Source: Octopus sinensis (taxonomy: Eukaryota). From it: a stretch of DNA of 64,000 bases. Shown piece by piece: positions 36,787 through 50,310 of the stretch. The stretch is from NCBI RefSeq assembly GCF_006345805.1, contig NC_042998.1:83514001-83578000 (forward strand), written 5' to 3'. Position 1 is the stretch's first letter. Every line of letters starts with the position of its first letter. A program made the position numbers and the translations under genes. Below the pieces are notes generated by a model. The model searched no databases. It was not told the DNA's origin and worked only from the letters and a program-made list of their open reading frames with translations.

Positions 36787-37767
36787 CTACCTGGGCTGGC
36801 TCAAGGTACCAGCAACTCAGGCAGTTGCCTGGGGCGTGAATTTTTTTCCCACATGAGTTCTGGACCCCAGTTATGAACTCATTTGCATACAGCCAATCTG
36901 AGGTCAACTATCAAACTAATTTATGATCGCATAACAAGTGATGGGCGATAAGAGGTCACTTGGTGAGCTAGCAGAAACGTTAGCACGTTGAGTGAAATGC
37001 ATAGCGGTATTTCATCTGCGTTACGTTGTGAGTTCAAATTCCGCCGAGGTCGACTTTGCCTTTCATCCTTTCGGAGTCGATAAATTAAGTACCAGTTACG
37101 CACTGGGGTCGATGTAATCGACTTAATACCCATGTCTGTCCTTGTTTGTTCCCTCTGTGTTTAGCCCCTTGTGGGTAATAAAGAAATAGGTATTTCATCT
37201 GCCCTTATGTTCTGAGTTCAAATTCCGCCGAGGTCGACTTTGCCTTTCGGGGTCGATAAATTAAGCACCAGTTACGTACTGGAGTCGATGTAATCGACTT
37301 AATCCCTTTGTCTGTCCTTGTTTATCCCCTCTATGTTTAGCCTCTTGTGAGCAATAAAGAAATAAGATAAGGTCACTTGGGTAAGGAACGACTATGCTGC
37401 TTTTCTCTTTTAATAATGTTTGTTGGTCTTGTTAGGCATTACCTGAGAGCTGAATGGCACCTTTCCTTTCACACTTTTCAAACAATGCTTCAACGGTCTG
37501 CCAGCATCAATGCGGTTTCTGCCACCAGCAACAACCTTTGTTAACTTGACAAGGTCAAGGTCAAAGCGAGCTCTGATTGGCTTATATGCAAATAAGTTCA
37601 TTACTGGAGTCCGGAACTCTCATGGAAAAAAATTTCGCACCGGGGAGCCATGTGCTTTTTAATTTAAATTTTCAGATTTTCTCCATGTGAAAGTTTTAAA
37701 AATTATACATGTAAGGGCGCCGAAGTTCAGCTTGCCCGGGGCGCCAGTAACCGTAGGGCCAGCCTTG
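36787..37767. mobile_element. Decayed hAT-like MITE with internal inverted repeat and nested SINE dimer
   Basis: Ends CCTGGGCTGGCTC / GGGCCAGCCTTG. 36830-36905 is about 80% complementary to 37565-37643. Confidence 0.55.
36963..37369 (+). mobile_element. Family B SINE, partial head-to-tail dimer with 11-bp TSD
   Basis: Full monomer to ~37190, then a second copy lacking the 5' head. AGGTCACTTGG at 36952-36962 and 37370-37380. Confidence 0.85.
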
Positions 37768-38313
37768 ACACCTACGTACGTAATAAATACATACAAGCCA
37801 CCGTGCTAACATACACCGGCATACAGATATACATAGTTACATATATACCAGATAGCAAATATGCATACAAATATGCACACCTATATCCATACATACCAAC
37901 ATATAGATACGCACACGTACACACACTACAGAAGAGCGCGCGCGTGCGTGTGTGTGTGCGCGCGATGATAGAGACAGGCAGACAGACAAACCAACAGAGA
38001 AAGCTATGTTGTGAATCGTGAGTCAGTGTTGTTTTCTGTCTGAGAATGCAGTCCTGGATTAACACTTAATATTTACATTTAATGTAAACACTCCTGCTCA
38101 CTCAGTGCCGCATTCATTTCCATTTGGCTAACGTTACTTTCATATTTCCTTCTTTTTTATTATTGTTGTTGTAAATAGTCTTTCACGTTCATGTCTATTC
38201 TCTCGTTAAATGTTTACATGGATCAGATTGTCTTGTCAAATAACTATCTCGTATTCCAATTCTATTCCACACACTAGTCTATTTCCAGTTCTTCCTTATC
38301 ATTAATCATATGA

Positions 38314-38350
<37 letters not shown>

Positions 38351-41300
38351 TAGACAAAAAGACAGAGCGCAGAAGAAAAACATCAAAAGAAAATAACTTA
38401 ACAAGTAAGGGGGGTGGAGAAAGAGAAGGGGAAGGAGACAGAGACACACAAAAAAAAAATAAAATAAAATGTTAATTTCTGGCAACAAAACAACAATAAA
38501 AAATTCATTTACAAGGTGTTATTAGAAAGTTCCTTACCTCCAACTCAGACTTGCTATAAAAAAAAAAAGTACATCTGTACCCCAGTGGATAATATATTTA
38601 TACTCTCTAAATAGTTCCTTTCAGAAGGTACATTATAATTCTGCCAAGTTTCTATGCCTCAGCACAATGACAGATGTCCTCTTCATGATGGCCTTCCAAA
38701 TTCCACACTGTGATTCTGTTAGAATTTCATTAACCATTTCAAGAGCTTGTGTGGTTAAGCGGCTTGCCTCCCAGCTACATGGTTTCAGGACCGAAACTGA
38801 AATAAGCCTGTCATGCATGTGTGTCTGTGGAGGGGAGAATTTGTGTTACCTTGTCTTGACATTGTGCTTTAGTTAAAAACAAGTGTTACCATCATACAAG
38901 GGGTTTCCTTCAATTATAATATTCCATGAAAACTTATCCAGCCTCAGGCAAATCCTACATTTTTGGAGGCTAGTGAGGGTTGGTGATGGGAAGGGCTTCT
39001 GATTGTAGAAAATCCACTTCAACAAATTCCACCTGGCCTGTGCAAGCATGGAAATGTTGATATTAAAATTATAAAGACAATCTCAAAGTGGAATGCCATC
39101 AGCTTTAATTTTGATTTCAGAAAACACAACTAAGTCAGAGGGTAGGGTGGAATAAGTGAAGCGAGGCTGGAGGGGATAGAAAGACAGCTATTTTGTTATT
39201 TATCAAAACACTTTGGATTATAAAGATGCCAGTGTAGATTTTCTGTGAGATAATCCTGGCAGACTCAATAATTGATTCTAATCATGCAATAGCTGATGAA
39301 TTGTTCAACAACAGTCTTCATGAAGGAGTTCATTTTTGCTTTTTGTTCCCCACATTGTGACTGGTAGCTCAGAATGTCAACATTTTGAAGTGACACACAA
39401 CCAACCTTCAAAATGCACACACCACTCAAAAACCTGTGTTTCTGACCAATAAAATAAGTACCAGGCTTAACAAGAAAAAGAAAAGTAAAAGCTGGGGTCA
39501 ATTCATTCAACTAAAAATTCTTCAAGGTGGTGCCACAGCATGGCCACAGTCTAATGACTGAAACAAGTAAGAGATAAAATGATGAATATTTTAGCCTCAA
39601 TAAAGATCACAGGACCATTCTAACATGACATAACAAAAACCTGTCAGCTTTCCCGTCCTTCTCCTGTCAACTGCATCATCATTACTATCCTGCTGCTTCA
39701 TGTGATCAGTCATCTCCTACTCACCCTCTCCCTTCCTAATTTTTGCCTCATTAGAGCTCACCTAACCCCCCCTCCCACTCATTTATTCCCCATCTCTCAC
39801 ACCTCCAATTCTCTCTTCCAACCTAACCAATCCACATTCCAGGTCCCTCTGCTCTCACTCATTCCAATTCACCTTTAGGGTCCCCCCTGACACCTCATCA
39901 CTCATACATTTTTAATCTCTTTTCAACTCCATCTTAATCACTCCCAACCCTGTCTTTCAAAATGTAAGTAGATGTGTAGTTCTTCTACAGCAAGAAAATT
40001 GACCCAGTGCTCAACTGGTACTTATTTAATTGAACCTAGAAAGATGAAAAGCAAAGATGACCCCAGTGGAATTTGAACTCAGGACATAAAGATGGACAAA
40101 ATGCTACTAAGCATTTTACCCAGTGCTAACAGTTCAGCCAACTCAACACTTTACATGTGTTTATATATTATTGTTGTTATTGATGTTTAGTTCTAGGAAG
40201 AGAGTTTTGGCCATACTCCTTGCAGGCCACCCTTTTTCCCACCTCTGGCCATGATGCAGTTGATAAGATTAAACTCCTTCTGGTCAGTAGAGAATGGGAA
40301 GTAGAGAGAGGTGGGCAGGGTATTTGGCAAACTTGTTTAGTACAGTATCTGGGGATAAATAAGAGACAGACAGACTTGTTCTGTACAATATGTGGAGGTG
40401 GATGAGAGTGAGTGAGAGAGAGAGAGAGAGAGATTGTGAGGAAGTAATGAAAAGATGACAGGGCAATTGTATACTTCAGGTTCTTGGTTTCAACATGAAT
40501 AACAAAAATAGATTAAGAGAAAAAGAAAAAATATTTTTTTTAAAAACTGGTTAACAAAAATAGAACAAACAACACAATAATAATCGATAAATTATACAGA
40601 AATTGGCACTAGAATTCTTCTATTGATAGTTCTGGCTTTCATTTACGTCTATATTTTCACAAAGTCATTGTTGGTAATATGTAATTTTGTATGAGAATGT
40701 TTCAGTTTATCAATAGAGAGAAGTGTTGGGAGCAGTTTGGGTGGGGAGCCGACACGTAACTAATAGGACAGTAAGGCAATCTCTAATTTATTGAATATTT
40801 CTACCACCACAACCACATCCACTGCCACCATAATCATCATCATCATCATCATCGTTGTCATCATTGTCTCTCCTGTCTGTCTCACATCCCCTCACATACA
40901 CTGAATAAACAATCGCTTCTAACACCGCTTGAGGCCTCATATTTAAGGGGATGTGCTAGCTGATTAAGCCGATACCATCATCACCATTATCATCATCAAC
41001 AACAACATCAACATCTTTATTATCCTCATCAACAACATCATCAGCATCAATTTCACCACAACCACCATCATCATCATCCCCTGTACATGACCGTCTCAAG
41101 TCCTACGACTCATAGGGCCAGTTACTTAGTTTCCATGGCATAGAAGTAAGCAAGAAAACAACAGTCCCCCGCTAACCACCACCCGCTGAAGAGAACACTG
41201 GTCCCTTGTAGGATTACGCATTTACAATTTAGTGGACTGAAACAAAGTGAAACAAAAGTGTTTTGCTCAAATAAACAACACACCACCTGGTCTGGGTATT

Positions 41301-41859
41301 GAAATCATGACTTTGCAACTGTGAGTGTAACACCCTAACCACTGGCAACACCTTCAGTAATTGCTTTATTTCATTGACTCCCAGATACCTGAAAAAAAAA
41401 AAAAAGCTAACTCCAAACTCCAGCAGGATTTGAAATCTGAATGTAAGGTACCTGTATAAATATGACAAGGCATTTTGTTCAATGCTCTACTGATTCTGCA
41501 CATCTAGTAACCGTATAATGGTAATAAGGAATTGTTTTATTTGTCACAGGTGTGTCAGATTAAGGAGGCATTACAGAGATCAGTTATAAAAAGTGTGAGA
41601 GTTTACACAAAAACTGAATTGGGTAACAAAAAAAAAACAAAAACAAAGAACTAAATGAGATAAAAAGTATATATAGTAGGCACAGCAGTGGTTGTGGGGT
41701 AGGAAGTTTACTTCACGACTACATGGTCCCAGGTTCAGTCCCACTGTGTGGCATCTACTATAGCCTCAGGCCAACCAAATCCTTGTGAATGGATTTGGTG
41801 GAAGGAAACGAAAAGAAGACCATTGTATTAACGCTTTGTTCTGAAACATACGTTTATTA

Positions 41860-42235
41860 GGCACAGACGTGGCTGTGTGGTAAGAAGCTTGCTTCCCAAG
41901 TACATGGTTCCGGGTTCAGTTCTGCTGCATGGCACCTTGGGCAAGTGTCTTCTGCTATAGCCTCGGGCTGATCAAAGCCTTGTGAGTGGATTGAAACTTG
42001 TGGACAGAAACTGAAAGAAGCCCATCATATATACATATATATCTGTATTTGCCCCCCTCCATCGCATGACAACTGATGTTAGTGTGTCTACATCCCCATA
42101 ACTTAACAGTTCAGCAATACAGACCAATAGAATAAGTACTAGGCTTACAAAGAATAAGTCCTGGGGTTGATTTGTTCAACTAAATGCAGTGCTCCAGCAT
42201 GGCCACAGTCAAATGACTGAAACAAGTAAGAGAAT
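41860..42235 (+). mobile_element. tRNA-derived SINE, family A, full length
   Basis: A-box-like GTGGCTGTGTGGTAAG, B-box-like GGTTCAGTTC, and tail CAGTCAAATGACTGAAACAAGTAAGAG. Confidence 0.85.
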
Positions 42236-44039
42236 ATTAAGTTCTACACCAGGTTAAGGCCTAAGCACAGTGTGTGTGTGTTGTGTTTCTTTTCTACTCT
42301 AGGCACAAGGCCTGAAATTTTTGAGGAGGGGCCAGTTGATTACATCGACCACAGTATGCAACTGGTACTTAATTTACCAACTCCAAAAAGATGAATGGCA
42401 AAGTCAACCTTGGTGGAATTTGAACTCAGAATGTAAAGACAGACAAAATACCGCTAAGCATTTCACCAGGTGTACTAACATTTCTGCCAGCTCACTGCAT
42501 TTCGGCAATTATTTGGTAAGCAGTGCCGGTTTTACAATTCTGTGAATAATAATAATGTTTTACAAGCTTAAAGCTTGTAAGCAATCATCGTGCATTGACT
42601 AAGGTAAATAATCTAATATTGGGGCTTATGAGCTCTCGATGGAAAGATGTAGGGCTTTCTGTACGCATGGGGCTCAAACCCACACCTCTATGTCTTCATG
42701 ACAAGTGTGCTACCATTTCACTAATGTACCCCTTTACTAGGGGTACGTTAGTGTAATGGTAGCACACTGAAAACAAGTAGTATAGAAATAAGTGATGATG
42801 TTGACAAAGTCACTCAGATCCAGATGGACAACCAACAAGGGTTAATAATGTAAGCCCAAAGTTTCAGAATTGTTTCATCTGTGAAGGATAAGAACCCTCT
42901 CCTGACTGTGATTATCCAGCTGACATGCATAGACTAAGAGTAGACATATATATTTGTGGAATAATTTTGGTGAAAAATACATTGCTAAGACTTAATATGG
43001 TGCATGCAAATGCCATGTTACCAACTGAGTGTGTGCATATGCATACAAGCTTGCAAGTTATCTATGCCAGTATAGAAAGCAGATGCAAAATGATGATGAT
43101 AATGGTGACAAATATGACATTTACAGTCAATCTTCCTTGACATCATCATCATTTAAGGTCCATTCTCCATGCTGGCATGGGTCGGACAATTTGGCAAAAG
43201 TTGCCAATGCCATAAACGACACCAATCATTAAATCAACAACAAGAATAAATTTGGCAAAGTTTATCATGGTTGTCAATCTACCACATCCCTTTTCTGTGT
43301 GTATGAAACTTAAAGTTAAAGTAGATTAAGTTTGTTAAGACTCTAATTACTCTTAAGTCTATCACAAACCTAGATCAAAGATTATCCGACTTTCCATGAT
43401 TGGCTCCTGTGCCGGTGGCACATAAAAAGGACCATTCAAGCATGATCGTTGCCAGTGTCGCCTTACTGGCACATGAAAAACAACATTCGAGCATGGTCGT
43501 TGCCAGTGCCACTGGACTGGTTCCCATGCAGGTAGCACTCAAGAAGCACCTTTTGAGCGTATTCGTTGCTAGAACCGCCTGACTGGCCCTCATGCCAGTG
43601 GTACGTAAAAGAACCCACTACACTCTCGGAGTGGTTGGCATTAGGAAGGGCAGATCAGATTGAGCCAGGTGCAGCCTTTTGGCTCACCAGTTTTCAGTCA
43701 AACTATCCAACCCATGTCAGCATGGAAAGCGGACGTTAAACGACAATGATGATGATGATGATGATGATGATGACTGGGCAACATTTTGCCTGTCTGTCAT
43801 AGGGTTAAAGCCAACTGTTGCTGGAACTCCATTTTTAGCTAAAGTGAATTGTTTTGCTTAAAAATATGATGCACTGTGTGGTCTAGGAATTGAAACTAGA
43901 ACTTCATGATCTTGAGTCCAACCATGAGCCTTCACAACGATAACTACTTTAACGAATTAATCAGTTCACTCTACTATGGACGAGTATTCTTACTTTGTTC
44001 ATGACAATATTTGCAATTTAGGTTATATATATATGTATA

Positions 44040-44530
44040 TCATCATCATCATCATCATCATTTAACGTCCGTTTTCCATGCTGGCATGGGTTGGACGGTT
44101 CGACCAGGGTCTGGGAAGCCAGGAGACTGCACCAGGCTCCAGTCTGATCTGGCAGTGTTTCTATAGCTGGATACCCTTCCTAATGCCAACCACTCCATGA
44201 GTGTAGTGGGTGCTTTTTACATACCACCGGCATGGGCCAGAGGAGGCTGGCAATGGCCACGATCAGTTGTTGCTTTTTACGTGCCACCAGCATGGAAGCC
44301 AGTCAAGGCGGCGCTGGCATCAGCCGCATTCGGATGGTGCTTTTTACATGCCACTGGCATGGATATCACAACTACAATTTCCATTTCATTTTTATTTTGA
44401 TGTTGATGTACTTGACTCAATAGGTGTCCTCAAGCACAGCAGGTCACCCTACGATCAAAGGTATGCACAGCAGGCCGTCCTGCGATCCAAGGTACTTTGA
44501 ATGTGCTAGAGCTGGTCATGTGAAGCTGGT
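44040..44530 (-). mobile_element. RTE 3'-tail element; further copies at ~10395, 46345, 52025, 54285, 55382, 57135 (-) and 21410, 28005, 30830, 43400, 45545 (+)
   Basis: (CAT)n-TTAACGTCCGTTTTCCATGCTGGCATGGGTTGGAC...GATRCCCTTCCTAATGCCAACCACTCC, shared with the 3' end of the long RTE. Confidence 0.8.
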
Positions 44531-44549
44531 GTAGGATACAGCCATATAT

Positions 44550-44635
<86 letters not shown>

Positions 44636-45252
44636 GTATATATATATACACACACACACACATATATAATATATTAAAGTGACAAATACATACACATGCA
44701 TATATATAAGTATGTATGTGTGTGTGTGTGTGCATTAAAATAAAACCAAAAGAGGAATTAAAAAATAATGGAAACAACAGTCTTTATTTATACAAACCTA
44801 TGCTAACAACCTGACTAGGAATAAAGAGAAACACAAAACAGGATGGGACTATTCTTTACAAATACACACAGTTATGTTAACACAATTGAATCAAGGATAA
44901 CGAGAGACAGGCAGATCAAAGCATGTATTACAATATCCATTGTTTTCCATTGGTTCCATTTGTCATAGCTGATGATGATGACAACAATGATGACAATGAT
45001 GATGACAATGATGACTGTGATGGTTTCCATATATGCACACACACCTTCTTGGTGTGTGTGTATATATATATAGGCATCTAACAGGCTGTCACTTCCATAA
45101 TACTTAGTACAAATCCTGCATTCATTGAGATGAAATTCATGTTGTAAGATAATGTATGGAAGAGATGCCAAAATACTAGGCAAAGACCAGCATAGACAGA
45201 CCAAAGCAATGCTTTTGCCATATATACATACACACACACACACACATCTATC

Positions 45253-45288
<36 letters not shown>

Positions 45289-47303
45289 TTAGAAATTGGA
45301 GAAGGCTGGTTTATGGGATTATCTTAGGTCTCCCATCCATAAAGGGTTTTTTTAAGAGGCCATGGGCCAATAGGTTTTTGAGATCTGACAATACACCATA
45401 AAGCTGAATCCTTTATGGACGGTAAACCTAAGGTGATCCCATAAACTGGCCTTCCCTATTTTTAATATATACTACTCTACATCTTAGAGTGTGCTGCTGC
45501 TTTTGGATTTACGTTTTTAACAAACGACATATATATATATTGTACCGCCTGATTGGCACTCATGCTGGTGGCACATAAAAATCACCATTTAAGCTTGGTC
45601 AATGCCAGTGCCACATAACTGGTCCCTTTGCTGGTGGCATGTTAAAAGCACCATTTAAGTGTGATCATTGCCAGTTCCGCCTGACTGATTCCCATGCCAG
45701 TAGTACATAAAAAGCACTATTTGAGCATGGTCATTGCCAGTGCTGCCTGACTGGCCCTTGTGCTGGTGGCACGTAAAAAGCACTCACTACATTCTCTGAG
45801 TGGTTGGCATTAGGAAGGGCATCCAGCTGTAGAAGCTATGCCAAATTGGATTGGAATCTGGTACATACTTCTGGCTTGCCAGCCCTCAGTCAAACCGTCC
45901 AACCTTTATAAGTAGGCTGTAACATCCTTGGCACTTATGTGAATTTTTGCTACCCTGGTAACTATATACTTATTTTGTCCATGTTATTTGTACACACTGA
46001 AAACATGCACTTACATATATACATATATGTGTGTGTGTATGTATGTATGAACATATATTAGACACCTTCACTTGTTTTAGTCATTGGATTGCAGCCGTAC
46101 TGGAGCACCACCTTGACAGGTTTTAGTTACTCAATCATTTATTTTCATAAGTCTCATGCAATTTTATATACCACTGGCACAGGTGCCAGTTACATGACAC
46201 CAGCATCAGCTGCAATTACAATTTCACTTGTCTTGACAAGTTTTCTCAAGCATGGCATATCACCAATGGTCTCAGTCACTTGTCATCACCCAATGGTTAT
46301 ACACACACACAGAGTGAGCTCCTGCGTAGCTTCTATCAACCAATTTCACTCATCATCATCATTTAATGTCTGCTTTCCATGCTGGCATGGGTTGGACAGT
46401 TTGACTGAGGGCTGGCAAGCCAGAAGGTTGCACCAGGCTCCAATCTGATCTGGCAAAGTTTCTACAGCTAGATGCCCTTCCTAACGCCACCCACTCTGAG
46501 AGTGTAGTGGGTGCTTTTCATGTGCCACTAGCATAAGGGCCAGTCAGCCAGTACTGGCATCAACCAGGCTTGAATGGTGCTTTTTACATGCCACCGGCAC
46601 GAACTATGCTCAAATGGTGCTTTTTACATGCCACCGGCATTGGACCAGTCAGGCAGTACTGGCATCGACCAAACTCAAATGGTGCTTTTTATGTGCCACA
46701 AATAAAGATCTAGAGTAGAAGACATTTGTCCAAGACATCATACAGCAGGATGGAATCCACAATCACAAGCCTGTTAGGTGAAAATCTTGACCACACAATG
46801 GGTTGTCCTAAATATATAGCCATCATTTTATGGCAAGAAGACTGCTTCCCAGCCACATGGTTCCAGTCCCTCTGCTTGGCATCTTAAGCAAGTGTCTTCT
46901 GCTACATCCTCAAGCTAACCAAAATTTTGTGAGTGGATTTGGTAGATGGAAACAGAAAGAAGCCTATTGTATATGTATGTGTGTGTGTGTATTTATGTAT
47001 CTATGTCTCTTCTATTTTTTAATTATTATGAATCTTCCACTGAGGAGAGAGCCGGTTTCCAGCAAAAATACAAGGGTCCATCTTTGGGATGTAGTTAACA
47101 CAGTTAAATTCACATTTGGAATTTGAGAAAAGTCTTACATATTTTTACTGTTCCACTCACAGATTGCACTTGTACGAATTGGCCAGTTGATTTCTCTTTC
47201 TGAAAATCCTAGTTTATCCAGATTCTCCTTTAAGCATATACTAACAAAACTTAGTCCTCCAATTATTATTGGTATGAATATGAATTCATGATCTGGATAG
47301 TAT

Positions 47304-47338
<35 letters not shown>

Positions 47339-47528
47339 GTGTTTCCTTGCTTTGACTTCATGTGGTAATTGTAAATAGATGTCATATCCAGCAAGCAGTG
47401 TTCTTTGGTTTCCAATCTCCCCTGAAAACATGTCTGGTCATGGAGAATACAGGTGAGGGTTGGTAACAGCAAGAGCATTTGGCTATAGAAAATTTGCCCA
47501 ATCATGTGAGTATATATATGTATATATA

Positions 47529-47574
<46 letters not shown>

Positions 47575-48743
47575 TCCACACATACACAAACATATAGAAA
47601 TAAATGTATACATATATGTACACACACACACATACATATATATGCATTCACATGTACATGTATAAACTTAAGCACATACACCCACACTCAGACTTGATTC
47701 ACTATATTATCTCACCACACATACATCCACCTCACACTGAAGGAAACCAGTTCACACTATTTACTGTACACCAATCCCATAGTCGAATGAATGAAGAGAG
47801 AAGTGGATGCAGCCAGCACAAGCTGAATTAGATTGTGAGTAAAACAGAGAAAATGATCACACTGACCTCCTGCAAAAAAATAACAAACCATGAAGAAATT
47901 CCTCAAAACAATAAACAAAGTCAAAATATTGTTGCTGTTACAGTTGTTGTTTTATCTAAGCGGCAGCAACACTAACAGCATCAACCGCAGTAAATAATTT
48001 AGTTGATAAAAGCAGTAAGTTTGGCAAAAATGGTAGGCTGATGACCTTGTAGTAGTACATTTATCTTAATCTTTCTGTTTTCTTAAGCTTGATTCCTGCT
48101 GAGCTTGACTGCTTTTCATCCAACCAACTCCAATACGACAGTGATATGTCTATGTAATTGTTCAAACAGCTAGAAACAGCAGTGTAATATAGTCTAGTGT
48201 ACATTATTTCTGAAAACCTTTGTGGTGTGAATAGTTTTGATTATAGATCTTATTAATCAGATCGAATTTGAGACTAAGCAAAATGTACCAGTGATATACT
48301 GGTATTAGCCATTCCATTACAATATTACTGTTAAGATCCACTGCTTCTGTTTCTAATACTTTTGAAAATAATATAGAATTTAGTGAAATAACTTTGTAAT
48401 TATTAAACTGGTGTAAGGCAGTGAGCTGATAGGATCGTTAACATAAATGGACAAAATGCATAGTGGTATTTCGTTTGACTTTTCACGTTCTGAGTTCAAA
48501 TTCTGCTGAGGTTAATTTTGCCTTTAATCCTTTTACAGGTTAATAAAATAACCATGACTAGTGTATCCTTCTGTGAGATTAGCAGAAACTACCACGTTGC
48601 AAGCATTTAGACTGAGTCTGCAGTGTGAAGACAACTCAATATATTGGTTCTTTGGCCACTGCAGCAACCAATGTGTAATGATTCCTTAACCCACTCACCT
48701 GAGTCTGCACCTGGTTCTATGATACAAATTTCCTGATTTAAAC

Positions 48744-49257
48744 CAGTGATTCTCAATTGGGGTCTACATGGCCCCTGAGGGTCCATATAAGATTTTGTTG
48801 CTAAAATTTATGTGCAATAAACTTTTCATATTTCTACAATACACAAAATAAGCATTTTAGGAGAATAAAATGTTTTGAATGGTACAACAAGGCACTATAA
48901 TACAAACAATGGGCTATATACCTGTTGTAATTTAACCATCTATAGTCTGATGATATTTCGGAATAAAATTCCTGGTGATTCCATCAATTCCTAGAGATAT
49001 CTGAGGCAGGAATTTTATTCTGAAATATCATATCAGACTATGGATGGTTAAATTACAACAGGTACATAGCCCATTGTCTGTATTATAGTGCATTGTTATA
49101 CCATTCAAAACTTTTTATTCTTTACAAACAATACACAATGCTTCAAGCGAACTACAATACTCTCCTACATTTTAGGAGCTTTTAGATGTCAAAGATTACG
49201 AGCCACCTCCCACTAACCCTTGAGTGAAATAGGACTTAGAGGGGTTGAGAGTCACTA
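48744..49257. mobile_element. hAT/Charlie-like MITE (same family as 7741) carrying a nested fold-back
   Basis: CAGTGATTCTCAA ... TTGAGAGTCACTA. TSD ATTTAAAC/ATTTAAAT. Confidence 0.8.
48862..49121. repeat. Fold-back palindrome (~113-bp arms, ~32-bp spacer)
   Basis: 48862-48974 is about 90% identical to the reverse complement of 49007-49121. Confidence 0.9.
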
Positions 49258-49694
49258 ATTTAAATCAGTTTGAAAATTAATATTTTTCATCAATATTTCA
49301 TGTTAATTTATATCCCAAACACCAGCTTACTAATTTTGGCACAAGGCCTGTTATTTTGAAGGGAGAGGGTGAGTCGATTATATCAACTCCAGTGCTCAAC
49401 TGGTACTAATCTAATCAACCCCAAAAGGATGAAAGGTAAAGTTAACCTCAATGCTATTTGAATTCAGAATATGAAGAGCTGGGAGAAATTCCACAAAGGA
49501 TCTTGTCTGACATACTAATGAATCTAACAGCTACCTTCTCCAGCCTATAATAGAAAGAATGAAAAAAAAGACAGGCAATGCATATATTGCATACAGATAA
49601 ATTTTTTTTGCAAATTATAGTGTGGTTTACAATGCATTGCTTACCAATGCTTTTCAATTGAACTGAATTAAGCCTTGCAAGTGTTTTACTAAAC

Positions 49695-50310
49695 TTGCCT
49701 ATCAGGAAATTTGTAAGTTTGATTTAGAAAAAAAATTTTTTTCAAGTATCACCATTACAGGTATTTATACTCTGGTGAAATTAGGAAGTCAACTTGTAAA
49801 TAAACGAAACCCTCAAATCCATCACACACGCATGTGTGCACATGCATACACACAGTTGCATATCTATGAATGTATTTATGTATGTATGTACGTATGTACC
49901 CACATATGTTTATGCGCATAGGTACAACATGATCTATACACATGCAGATGAGGGTCAATTCATATGAAAAAGGAAGTGAACAAAATGAAATACTTAGAGA
50001 AAATATTGCATAGAATTTGAAAAATGTTTTGAATGTCTTTCAATTATGGCAGGTGAATCAAGCATAGGATATATATAAATATGACCATTTGCCTATCAAG
50101 AAATTTGTAAGTTCGATTAAAAAAAACACTTCTTTTTTTTTTGTAGGTATCACTACTATAGGTATTTACACTCCAGTGAAATTAAGAAATCAGCTCATAA
50201 ATAAACAAAACCCTCAAATCCATCACTATACACACACACAGACACAGACACACACACACACACACACATGCATACATACACAGTTGCATATCAATGTATG
50301 TATTTATGTA
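49695..50310. repeat. Old direct duplication of a ~190-220-bp block, offset ~395 bp
   Basis: TTGCCTATCARGAAATTTGTAAGTT...AAACCCTCAAATCCATCAC...CAGTTGCATATC at ~49695 and ~50089. Confidence 0.8.

Noticed and set aside
37410-37601. 63-aa ORF inside the MITE
   Set aside because: No recognisable transposase or other motif, and it partly overlaps the inverted-repeat arm.
48947-49030. CTGATGA ... GAAA within the fold-back
   Set aside because: No UH cleavage site next to stem I (it reads CAG|ACTAT), so the match is a by-product of the palindrome.
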